Made by a program: the position numbers and the translations under genes. A stretch of 60,998 nt of DNA, the filler included. It is 8 parts of 8 records of this genome, joined end to end, with 100 filler letters (N's around TTAATTAATTAA, not from the genome) between each part and the next. Parts side by side here need not be neighbours in the genome. Positions count along the whole stretch, not along the records: positions 44,118 to 50,844 come from SRR7504441_2798; positions 50,945 to 60,998 come from SRR7504441_2799; 6 more parts are not named here. One strand, 5' to 3'. Position 1 is the stretch's first letter. Every line of letters begins with the position of its first letter. Shown one piece after another: positions 47,241 through 58,498 of this stretch. The notes beneath the pieces are model-generated. The model searched no databases. It saw only the letters and a list, made by a program, of their open reading frames with translations, and was not told where the DNA came from.

Positions 47241-47364
47241 CCTAGGTTGCCAGAGCCCACGGGGCCAATAACACCAAGCAGCTCGCCGCGCTGCACCGGG
47301 GGCCTGTAACGGAAACTAAGGGAGGCCAGGCATCTTGGGTCCGCCTGGCTGGGCGACCCCGAGG

Positions 47365-48051
47365 ATGGCCGGGCGTGCCTTCGCATCGGCGGAGGAGTTC
47401 GAGCACTGGCTGCACGCCGGCCCGGCCCCGGCCCCGTCCACCACGGCCAAGATCGGCCGAGCCATCCGGCAGACCATCGAGAGCCTCAGCCCGCGCTCGG
47501 TCAGGTCCGGCGGCTCCTCCAGCCCGGTATCGCCCGAGAGCCTGGACGAGGCGGTCCCGCTCTCGCTGCAGGACACCAGCCTGGCCACCCCCAAGCGCCG
47601 GGCCGCCGCGCGGCTCGGTATCTCTCGCGATCAGCTGGAGGAGGTGCTGCGGGGGCCCGAAGCGCCCGAGCTGGAGCCGCCCGCCCGAGTGGCGGGTGGC
47701 GAGAGCCGGGAGGAGCTGTTCGAGGGGTGCGAGGCCGAGTTCGAGCTGAGCCCGGACGAGGCGGATGTGTGGCGGCGGGTTTGGTTCGAGCTGGATGACC
47801 GTCGGGAGGGTCTGATCGAGGGGAGCCAGCTGATCGAGCGATGGTGGGACAACTTCGGGAGAGAGCTGTCAGAGGGGCAGCTGGCCGGGATGGTGGGCGA
47901 AGACGGGCTGATCACCTATTTCGATTTCCTCCGGTTTGTCCAAGGTGGCGACGAGGATGGATTAAGCCTAGATGAGGCCAACAATACAGCGGCGGTGGGC
48001 GAGTGCACGGGGCCGGCTGATGAGACCCACCGCCCTGGCAGCACTGGATAG
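47365..48051 (+). CDS. Small protein with C-terminal degenerate EF-hand pair
   Basis: VWFELDDRREGLIEGSQL and EDGLITYFDFLRFV. Confidence 0.6.
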   Translation: MAGRAFASAEEFEHWLHAGPAPAPSTTAKIGRAIRQTIESLSPRSVRSGGSSSPVSPESLDEAVPLSLQDTSLATPKRRAAARLGISRDQLEEVLRGPEAPELEPPARVAGGESREELFEGCEAEFELSPDEADVWRRVWFELDDRREGLIEGSQLIERWWDNFGRELSEGQLAGMVGEDGLITYFDFLRFVQGGDEDGLSLDEANNTAAVGECTGPADETHRPGSTG

Positions 48052-48198
48052 GGGCCGCATTAGTACTACGTAGGCCGATAAATAAATGTATAGATTTAAT
48101 GAGAGCTCTAACAATGGTGATTCTACCAATCATGCTTTATTAATGCGCTATTGCTAAATAACATTATACCGTATACTATTGCTAGACCAGGAACTCGC

Positions 48199-48650
48199 TC
48201 AGGCAGCCTCTTTCGAGGCGGCGAGCAGCATCTCAAACCCCTCGATCAGCTCGTCGAAGAACGCGTCGCTCTTGGTCTCCGGGTCCTCGTCCTTTTGAAT
48301 AAATTCCAACCAGTGCCGCACCCACTGCCACCCAGCGCCTCACCGCCGCCCCTGCCGGCAGCCACACACCTCCGACTTCTCTATTTTACCGTCCGAGTTC
48401 ACACTGCCCCGCCGGTCAGTCCCCCCCTCCCTCCGCCCCGCGCACTCTATCTGCTGGAACTCGGTCGCCCCGTCGGCGCCCTTGAGCTGGGTGGCTCCCG
48501 GGATCACCTGCCGCGGGCTCGGCCCCCAGCGGAGAGAGCCGGCCGCACCGCCTCCATCTCGGCCGGGTCGAGCGCCCCGGACTTGTCCGCGTCCACCTGG
48601 TCGAACACCCGCTCCAGGCAGGACCGCTTGTGCGCCTCATCGTAGGGCAT
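48199..48650 (-). CDS. Small two-EF-hand calcium-binding protein (about 107 aa, 3 introns; missed by the ORF track)
   Basis: Spliced product MPYDEAHKRSCLERVFDQVDADKSGALDPAEMEAVIPG...FQQIDVNSDGKIEKSEWVRHW...EAA*. Confidence 0.8.
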
Positions 48651-48700
48651 GCCTGATGAAATCCGTTATCCAGGCGCCGATTTCATCCGAAGCCGGTGTC

Positions 48701-50732
48701 ATGTCGGGGCAGACGCTTACGGCCGACTCGCTCACCGGCTGGGCGCGGACCAACGCGGGCCCGCTGCTCGAGGTCTCGTGCCTCGGGTACCGGGCCCAGG
48801 CGAAGGATACCCCGGGCCCGATCGACGCCAACGCCGTCCTCTCGCACCTGCGGCTCGCGCAGGCGCCCGGCGGCGGCTCAGCGGGCGGCGCCAGCGGGGG
48901 CAGGCGTGCATCGGGCTGGCTGAGCCCGGTCTCCAGGCTGTGATGGGGCTCATCAACGCCCAGGCCGGTCCCGACGGCCAGATCCCGCCCCAGGGTGTGC
49001 TGACCGCCCTCGAAATGGCGCTCCGCCGGGCAAGCCATCTGGACATTCCCAAGTGCGGCGTGTCCGTTGGGGCGCCCGAGCCCGGGGGGCAGGCTGGGCC
49101 AGATCGTGTGCCAGGCGCTGACAGAGTTCCAGCCGGAGATCACCACGCGCACGCTGGGGCTCGCCTTGCTTGTCCTGACTGGCCCCGAAGCACTCGCTCA
49201 CCGGGCCCAGGCGAGCCGCGCGCCGGATCCAGCCCGGGAGCCGGGCGCAGGTAGCGTTCCGGGTGGCATCGGAGGCTTCTGAGATGGGCGAGGCCCAGCT
49301 GCGGGTGCTGGTGGAGCAGCAGCGAGCGCTCGGGCGGATTCTGCTCCCTAGGCTGATGACCGAATTCAACAGCCTGTTCAGGACCGCGCCCAAGGGTTCG
49401 GCCCGGTGCAACAACAGCCTGATGCGGATGGCCGCCAAGCAGCTCCGCGAGTGCCCCGGTGCGCCGGCCGCCGGTGTGGTCTGACCGGCGTGGGCGGCAG
49501 AATCTAGCTGGTGCTCTGTGGAGCCGATCATTGGGACGTACGGCAGTGGGCAACTGCACCAGCAGCGCTGGCTGGACTGGGCAGCCGCGCACCCGGCCGA
49601 GCTCCTCCAGCTCACCTGCTGCGCGGTGGCGAGCCCTGTGGAACCTGCGCTGGGGCAACCGATCGCTGCTGGCTGCCTGGCGAGTATACAGCTGCTCCGC
49701 CAGCAGTGCGGCTTCAACAAGCACTCGATCAAAAGCATGATCGACCTCTTCCGGCAGCGGGCCATACACAACAGGGTGGTCAGCGCCGCCAGCTTCTGTG
49801 ATATGATCAGCACGGCACTGGTCGGCGACAGTGTGGCCGAGCGCCTTCCACACGTCTTGTACGAGTATCTAATCTGCCACAACCCGGAGTCAATCCTGGT
49901 CCCCGGGGTGGACCTCTCCTCGTTCGCCATGGCCATTCTGGCGCTAACCGGCCCCGAGTCACTCCAGGGCCGTGCTGAGGCGCTCTTCCTCGCGATGGAC
50001 TCAAGCTCTGCCGGCGAGGCCAGTCCAGCTGACTTTGCCGGCTTCTGCCGGTGCCGCTAGCCGCTCCTGGGTCTGAGCCGGTGCCTGCAGCTGCTTCCCG
50101 GCCGCGGCTTCTTCACTGCTCGGACACCTCCTGGTCCACTACGAGATCATTTTTGGTATCAAGCCCTAGGCTCTGCTGACCATCCGACAGGCGGCGGAGG
50201 CCCCAACGAGGAGGCGCTGCGCCAGAGCGGGCGGGAGCTGCTCGCCCGGCACGCGGCGGTCTCGGATCGGGAGCAGATTGGGCGGGCGCTCCAGACTGTA
50301 CTCGGCCAAGAGATCGACCCCGCCTCTCTCGAGCCGACACAACAGCTTGGAGCCGACCAGGCGACCTGCTAATCGGCCCGGGCCTGAGCGACTGGGCAGA
50401 GCCTGCCGCTTGGGGTGCTGGCCTTTGGCGTGTCGAGCCCGAACGGACCAGAGGTGCAGCAGGTGCAGGCGCAAGTCACTGCTCACGGGTCTGCGCCAAC
50501 GCACTCAGGCCGAGCCGTTGACGCGCTGGCGGCGGTACGGGAGCGGATGGAGGGCCTGCGCGACCGGCTGGGCGATGAGGCCCGCTCCCGGGAGAGAAAT
50601 CAGTGCAAGGAGAGCTCGTGGCATACTAAGGCAGCCGCGTGCCGGAGGGCGGAGGATCAAGTGATGTGCAAATATGGCAGCAGCGAGGCGTTGGTGCACA
50701 CAAGGTGCGCCGGGCAGCTCGGGCTTAGTTGA
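48701..50732 (+). CDS. Multi-exon hypothetical protein with an EF-hand-like segment and C-terminal coiled coil
   Basis: Chain of ORFs separated by GT-AG micro-introns; RAEALFLAMDSSSAGEASPADFAGFC. Confidence 0.55.
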
Positions 50733-50844
50733 ACCCATTGTATAGGGACACCAACCTGCTGATCGCGAGAAAGCTGAGCCAAGAAGGTGTGACGTCTGGA
50801 GGCGCCAGGACTAGGATGTCGTTCTACGCGCAAATGCACGCCGA

Positions 50845-50944
50845 NNNNNNNNNNNNNNNNNNNNNNNNNNNNNNNNNNNNNNNNNNNNTTAATTAATTAA
50901 NNNNNNNNNNNNNNNNNNNNNNNNNNNNNNNNNNNNNNNNNNNN
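50845..50944. other. Artificial contig spacer
   Basis: N44-TTAATTAATTAA-N44. Confidence 0.99.
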
Positions 50945-53900
50945 AGTACAACTCTTGATAGCACGATTGCACAATGGGATAAACATCGAGATATTTCATC
51001 TAGTCGCGAGCAGAAAATAAATTTGGAGTGCAGGCATGCGGCCAATAAGGAGGACGTGTTCTATCGTGAAGAGACTTGGAATGGGATGGGCAGTCAGCCT
51101 TTCTCACTCGGGGACTGGGTAATAGCGGATATTGAAGCAATCCCAAAGAAGGAGAATCTGGACCAGACATGCAAAATCTCCATCAAACATGGCCAAGATG
51201 GAGTGTACTACACTCGTACTCTTTCGCATGCCAAGTTTGCGCGGACCTACCGCTCGTTTGCTACAAACGAGACCCCAAAAGAGGGCCAAGTGCTGAACAC
51301 AAAACAGCAGCTGGCGTCATCTGAGACGCAAGATTTGAATTCAAAGCTATGGAATGTTGCGCTATGTGGCTTAAGTGAAGGCAGCGAGCAGGTGGATCAT
51401 CATAGGCTGTTGAGAGCTGTTGCAGACCAGACAGTGACTTATCCCATTGTGTTGACCCAGAATGAGAAGAAAGTTGCACCAGAAATTTTCGAAAAACTAA
51501 CAAGAAATATCTCTGGACAGGTCAAGTGGGGGAATATGTTGGCCAAGGAACTCTGTCTCGAGGAATTGCTTGAAGAAACTGGCCAGATGAATGGCGACTG
51601 GTTTACGATCGGTCGAATGCGAGACAACATTGATGCTGCTGTGGCTGGTAATGGCTCGATTGCGCAGAAGCTGAGTGCGCTCAAGCCAGTCAGGGAGGAA
51701 GTTCTCGACTTTGGTGGAACGCCACATGAGAGTGCGGTGTCTGAAGCATACAGGACTGTGGTCCTCAAGCTGGTGGAAACCTATTTGGATCTAATACAAC
51801 CCATCCCTGAGGATGAACTTCGAAGAATGGTCACATACCAGCGGTGGGAACTCAAATTGAAGCAGCTCTGCCAGCCGTACAAAAGCGCTGAGAAGGTGCT
51901 GCGTCGTTATCTAGCCAGGCAGGTGCTGGACACGCAGCTGATGAGCTCAGCTGACCGGAACCCGGCTCTGTGGATGACTGAGACGGTGGGTGAATCAAGC
52001 CTTAAGAAAGCTGCTGCTACTGGTGACAACTTATCTGACGACGAAGACACAAATCGCAGTAACATCATCTGCATGATCGAAGAGGAGCTTCCTAGGTTTG
52101 TTGCCAAGAGTGACGTGAACCGTGAGTTGGCACAACAGTATGTCCAGGTCGGGGTGGGTACTAAGATTCTCGAGTACAGATTTCGTGTAGCAGCAGTGCA
52201 TCTGTACAAGGCTTCGTTGGAGTACAAACCAGGATACGAAGCAGACGTGCCCCCAAAGTTCCGTGATCAACACCGATTCATAAAGAAGCACATTGCAAGA
52301 CATGTCGAAAGAGAAAGCAAGAAGTACGAGAAACAAGTTGGATTCAAAATATCTGAGAATCTGGCCCGGCAAGAAAAAATCAAAGCGAAAAAGGAAGCAA
52401 CAAAGTTGTTAAATGACATGTGTGAATTGGCTGCAAGATCTGTTCGAGCATGTGATCAGGTCGTGAAGCATGCAATCGACGTTTATGCCGACATCAGAAA
52501 AGCAGACAAAGCTGCAAATCCCACTCTGTTCTTCCTGATTGGCTCTGCTCACATGGAACGGCTTCGGCTCAACTCAGCATGCCAAGAGCTGTTGCAGCAA
52601 AATGTCTGTGAGTCTGAGCAGGAGGCTATCCGATGGATGTTCGTGCTTGACGATTCAAGCACAAGTGTCCAGCTGCTCCCTCGCGATACTTCTGATGAGC
52701 TCAGTAGCAGCCAGAAACTGCCTGCCATTAACGAGAAATCCACACGAGATGAGGCATGCAAGGCATTCAATGATGGTGCACGTGCTGACCCAGATAACCC
52801 AGTCTTTTTTGTTTGGGTTGCACATATCATGATGGTATCTGGATTAGCAGATGGCCAAAGTGTCACGGAGAATGAGGCTGAGCGTGAAGCTCGGCAGATG
52901 GTACCAAAGATTGCATCTGCACTCGGAATGCAGCACACGTTTAATGCTCAGGGTGTCGCTGGCAGTCGGTCTACTTGCACTTCTCTTATTGCGGCCATGT
53001 CTCTTGGTCCATATGGCAATGAGTGGGACATGGCCACTCATGCTGCAAAAAAGCTCCATAAAGTGTGGGACGTATCTGACGCTACGGGCTGGGTGAGCAG
53101 CTCCCGCCAGAGTTCAGCAGACATAAAAGAATTCAATGTTAGTTTTGGTGATCACTTTGCAACCATCTTAGAGACTTGGCTCGAGTATGCAGCAAGGAGA
53201 AGAGAAGGCCTCCCAGATGCACAAAGCGATCCATCGCACATGTTTTGCCAGTGGTGTGAGTATTTTCTGCAACCGACTCATTTTGCAGAGAAGGCTAAAG
53301 TGTTTCAGAGGAATGCAAGGCTCCTTCTCAAGGCAGATTTGGGTCACTCGTCTGTGGTTGTGGACAACATCTCCAGACCTCTGTTGGAAATAAGAGGCCA
53401 TAATGATAAGGGAGAAATGGTATTGATGGAAGTGGATGCCATGAGTATGGAAATATCTATCACGCCAGTAAAGTTGCATCACCAGTCGCTCCAGAAAGCC
53501 AAAGCTTGGATGCGATCGGCTGCCCTTCGTATGAAAAGCTTTCCCCTTGCTCGAGGCTTCAGCGCATTCGGAGGGACACCCGCACCAATGAGCAGTCCAG
53601 GTACTTAGTTTTGCTTGCTTAAATTAACATTTGTGGGTGCAGAGCTTGACGAATACATCGACGAATGCATCAAGATTAAAGTTGCGAGCATGCTTAGCTT
53701 GCGACCACTGGAGAATGACCTGCTGATACATAGCCTGGGCCAACCTGATTACACCATAAGCTTCAACAATCGATCAGTTCGGAGGCTAGTTGCAGACGCC
53801 CTGACTGGGCTACAGGGTTACACTTCAGTTGGGGCTTGCTTGGCCACCGACAGTGTGGCTGATGGAGCAGATGCATGCGCTGCAGCAGTGACCATTTGGT

Positions 53901-56900
53901 GGGAAAGCGTTACCCACCAGGAAAGAAGCGACGATGGGATACTCCCACCATATGCTCCTATCAGCTGTGGTTCTGGCACAGCTGATAAAAAGGTCAGGTA
54001 CCTTACGTCAGGTGGCTTTGCCGATGTATATCTTGCCACAAATGTAGAAGATGCCCAAACTGTGGTGGTCAAAGTGCTTAAAGAGAAACAGCGCAAAGAC
54101 CTCTTGAAGGAGCGAGAGCAGAAGCTATTGCCGGTCCTCAAGCGGATGTTTGCCTTTTCGAGCACTGCAATCAACACGCGAGGCGGATTAGAGGCAGAGC
54201 TGGCGAAGCTCGACTTTATGAAGGAACTGCTCAAAAATCTCGGACAAAGGATCACCCGAGCTGGAGAGAGTGCTCCTGATGCAATGTATGTGCATGATAT
54301 CGTAGCAACGGGGCTGTGCTTGGTAGGCCGTGATCCTCAGAAGCCAGGTGGAGTGATGATCTGTGAACTGACTAACCGTGATCAAGCCCAATTAAAGCTG
54401 ATGGCTGAGCCACAGTTCCAAGAACAATATGAACAAATATTCGAAGCCGACCCAAAGAAGGCATTAGCATGCTTGAGAGATTTTGTGGACCCATTGTTAC
54501 ATGCTGAATTGGATCGCCGAATTGGTACAGGGGGGCAATATGGTGCCTGGCATAGGAGGGAGACACTGGAACAGTTTCTCACTCGAGTCGGTGCTATCAA
54601 TTTGCCCTCACTCTGTATTGCAAGGCTCAAAGTCCCCCTGTACAACGAGCTGTATGTGGCTGTGGAGATCGCGAACCAAAGTGAGGAGGATGATACGTGG
54701 GTGCAGGTGTTGCCAGTTTCTTCCACCGCTACGCAGAGCGACATTGTAGATGCAGTGAGGACGCGCCGAAAGGTTGAATTGGCAGCTAGTGCCACCAATG
54801 ATCATTTGATACTAGTCAATCAGCAGGAAAATCAAAAGGGTCTTCAGTGTGAACCGGGATCGACCAGGAAAGACACTTCGCCATTCTTTGTGAGCGATTC
54901 AAGGTACTTCAAAACTGCTTTCATTGAAGGCATCTCTATTGACAACAAGGATTCCTGGTCCACCTCTGTGGAAGACCAGCTGCGCCCGTATCTGCACCCG
55001 AGTCAGAACTCATCTCTCTTGGCTGCAAAGATTGTAGATTTCATGGCGAATTGCAAATCGGGTATGGATACAGATACAACAGATGCGACAGAGATGCCGC
55101 ACTTCTATTTCGCTTATCAAGCTTCTACCCTGGTGCATTTCGAAACTGAGCTGACACGTCAGATTTGTGACCTCGAGAATGCGCAGAGAAGCTGCCAAGA
55201 GTTGGACGAGGCGGCGCGTCGTCAGATTGAGGCTGATAATGACAACATGGCCATGTTCAAGCACCGAAATATAGTGAACTATTACGGCTGGGAACTAGGC
55301 CCGCTATACAGGGACGGAATGAAGGGGATGAAGGAGGCACGCTTGGAGCAAACCGATGACGCTATGGCAATCTATATGGAGTACATGGCTGGTGGGTCTT
55401 TAGCTGATGTGATCAATCTACGAAGGGCGCAGAATCTTGGAGGACTCCCCGATCAAGTAATTGGATCGTGGTTACGACAGATTCTGAGTGGACTACAGTA
55501 TTTGCACTCAAACGGCGTTCTCCACAGAGACATCAAAAGCGAAAATGTCCTTTTGGATGCTGATATGAAAACTCTCAAGCTTGCTGACTTTGGATCAGTC
55601 GTTCGGGCTCACGAGGTTGACCCTGACGATGCCGATAATCTCCGTGATGCGATCGATCTGTCAGGCTGGACACCAGAATACGCTCCCCCTGAGACATTCC
55701 TTGGGGCATCTCCCACACAGGCTGCTGATATCTGGGCAGTTGGATGCCTAATCCTAGAACTCTGGAGTGCACGGCTGCATTACGAATTCTGGTTGCTTCG
55801 AGGGCTCGATGCCCTTTCGGATTACAAAGATCAAGGCGAGAACAGCTTTCTGTCTAAGATGTTTGAAAGTCTTAGCGATTTGATCTCTTCTGCGTCCGAA
55901 GAACGGAAGCGGATTGTTGCGACTCTCTTGGCCGGTGGTAGCCCACCGCTACCTGACGAAATGTTGCCAACAACAGCCAACTTTTTGTCCTTATGCTTTG
56001 TTTCAGATCCAGAGAAACGCCCAACAGTTGAACGACTATTGCGTGATGAGTTCTTGGCAGTGGCAAATGAAGTGGAGGTAAGACCCAGTGACTGGCATGG
56101 CGCCAGCACCAGCTGCCCAGATGACATGGTAGGATTTCACCTGCACAAGTTTGATCAGTCGTTACTCTGTGACGGCCACAGTGTGTGCTGGAGATATGAT
56201 GCACTGGTCAACACCAACTACATCAACTGGCGACACCCATGCATATTGTATTCGCACAATACAATGTTGAGCAACTACTTAAATTGGGTGCAGGCACTTC
56301 GAAAGGATAAGACCAACCACACTGTGCTCAACTGCTGTTACGACTTGAGCCACAACTGCTGCCCTGATGTCGTAAAAAGCATCCACGAAATGTCGCAGCA
56401 TGAACACTCGGGGACTTTGAGCATGCAGATACATGCCTCGCACCATTTTGATATCCTGAAAGCGGTGACACCAAAGGTGCATTGGTCGCAATGTATTGTC
56501 AATGGCACTCAATTCCTGCCACAAGAAGACTTGTTACAAGGTATAATGGCCGAGATGACTTTCAAAATTTACACATTTCATGACATTGAGAACCTTTTCT
56601 TGTCCCAAGCATCCAACACAGGCCATGAAGCGCTGAGGAGAGTTAAAGTCATGCTTAACGCTGAAGATCCGCAAGCGATCGAGAATGAGCTAGAGAAGGA
56701 CGAGAACCGGGTATACAAGAGCATGGTCAAAGTAAATGGATACTTCATAGATGTAGGTAAAATGCTGTCCCAAAAGGGTAAGAAGAGCGGTAAGGATGTT
56801 AAAACATTCCTAGCAGGCCGTCTTGCCAAGGCCTTCACGAGGAGAGACACGCTGAGCAGCTTGGCATCAGCTCCGTCTCACCCACGGTCGTTGTGTATTC

Positions 56901-58249
56901 TCATATCTGGCATTTGTGAGCAGCAAGAGTTATACGAGTATGAAGAAACAGAACTGTTCATGAAGTCTGTTTATGGCCTTTTCGAGGAGATTGAGTCGTT
57001 GAAAGGAAGCAACGACCCCGCAGCCAATGATGCAGTGCAGCTGGCGTATGCGGGTGACTTAGAAGATCATGTGAGTCAACTGGCCCGAGCTGAGCATTTC
57101 ATGTGCATGCTTGACATCTCGCACGCTATCATGAGAGATTCTGTTGCCATGATCGTGCCAATCCGCGAGAGCAGGATAATCGATGCTGAAGGTAATCCTG
57201 TGACTGAAGATTCCAAGCCGGCTGCGGTTGAAGCGACTGTGGAATTTGCACCTGACGCCTCCCATCAAGGCAAGGTGCGTTATGTACACAGTAGTGTGCA
57301 GCGCTGTACTTCGCCGCACAGTCAGATAGTTTCGAGTTACAGGAAGTATTGGGAGGACTTGATTGCAGCATTGCAGGCCATCGAAGAGCTAGTGTGGCAT
57401 ATTTACAGGAGGAGGAAAATAGCTGGCAGGCTTCATCAGTTCTCTCGAGATCCCGAGCAGGAAGCAACTGATAAGGTCATCAGATTGGGTGGGGGCGAGA
57501 AACTGCCGGTTCATATTTGGGAAATAGATCCCAAAAAATTGAGGGATGAAAAGATTATGGATCACCTTGAGAACTGGAAAATCAGAAATGAGATTCCACC
57601 GGAGGTATGGGCAGAGCACAGAGACCAGATTTTTATCCTCAGTCGCAAAGTTTCTGGCTTCGCTGCAGAACTTTGCATGCTTCAGGAAGAGACAAAGGCT
57701 CATCGCAAGCAGCTCATATCAGCGGACGGACCTAGAGTCAATCGACTTCTGCAGAAGCTTGAGGAGCAAGATTTGATCCAGGTGCGACTCAGCTGTCCAA
57801 CAGGGTGCCGCACAGACGATGGGTGTGCAGTCAAGAAGAGCTCGCAGGTCCACTTCCAAAAGGAGATGCCGGCTCCCGTGCCACACTTGGGCTCTCTTAT
57901 TGCGCATATATACGATGGCAGTCACAACAGCGTAGAACTGTTAACACACGACGCTCAGAACTGTGAGTTTTTGATAGATGCTCAGGATGGCAGCTGGCAC
58001 CGATCTAGGCCTATCATGCCTGCAGCTGCACAGACACTGGCCATGGCCTCTAGCTATTCGCAGGTGATGAAAGCCACAGAAGTGGTTTCCGCAAGCATGA
58101 CCGCGTTCAGGGATGGCCATGCATATAACGTGCAACACGTATCGACACAAGCCATGCCACAGAACGACCCGATGCCACACATTGCAACCGGTAGGAACCA
58201 GTCGATCACCCACGTCTCGTCGTTCTTGAGGGACCGACACGCGAACTAG
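50945..58249 (+). CDS. Giant (>2400 aa, 5' truncated) protein with an STE/MAP3K-like kinase domain
   Basis: Frame open from the contig edge. A 42-nt intron (53601-53642) removes the stop and fuses the 861-aa and 1544-aa ORFs. Motifs SGGFADVY, VVVK, HRNIVNYYG, MEYMAGGSL, HRDIKSEN, DFG, APPE, DIWAVGC. Confidence 0.88.
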
Positions 58250-58498
58250 CTGTAGGTTGGGTATACACATTAGGATGGTGACTTTTTTTCGCGTGCAACC
58301 TAGAGTTCACTAGCGTGCTACTTGCGTGCAACCCTTATTATTCATATAATTAAAATACACTTTCGAGCAAGTACGTACTCCTGAAGTTACTAAATCCGCG
58401 CTCACGCGTACAGGAATCCTACTATCAAGTAATTAATAACCAGTCCTGTTACTTGTATTCTATAATCGGTCTACGTCACAGTTGCTCTACAAGTGACA

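Noticed and set aside
11946-50944. Seven identical TTAATTAATTAA motifs flanked by N runs, as a possible repeat family or array
   Set aside because: Artificial contig linker with stops in all frames; ORFs containing X that cross it are artefacts.
53601-53642. Stop-codon readthrough or alternative genetic code (in-frame TAG here and at 25592)
   Set aside because: Each stop lies within a plausible 42-nt intron, and the tRNA-Gln has a normal CUG anticodon rather than a suppressor.
58291-58333. GCGTGCAACC direct repeat in a convergent intergenic region
   Set aside because: Only two 10-nt copies; no structure or recurrence elsewhere.
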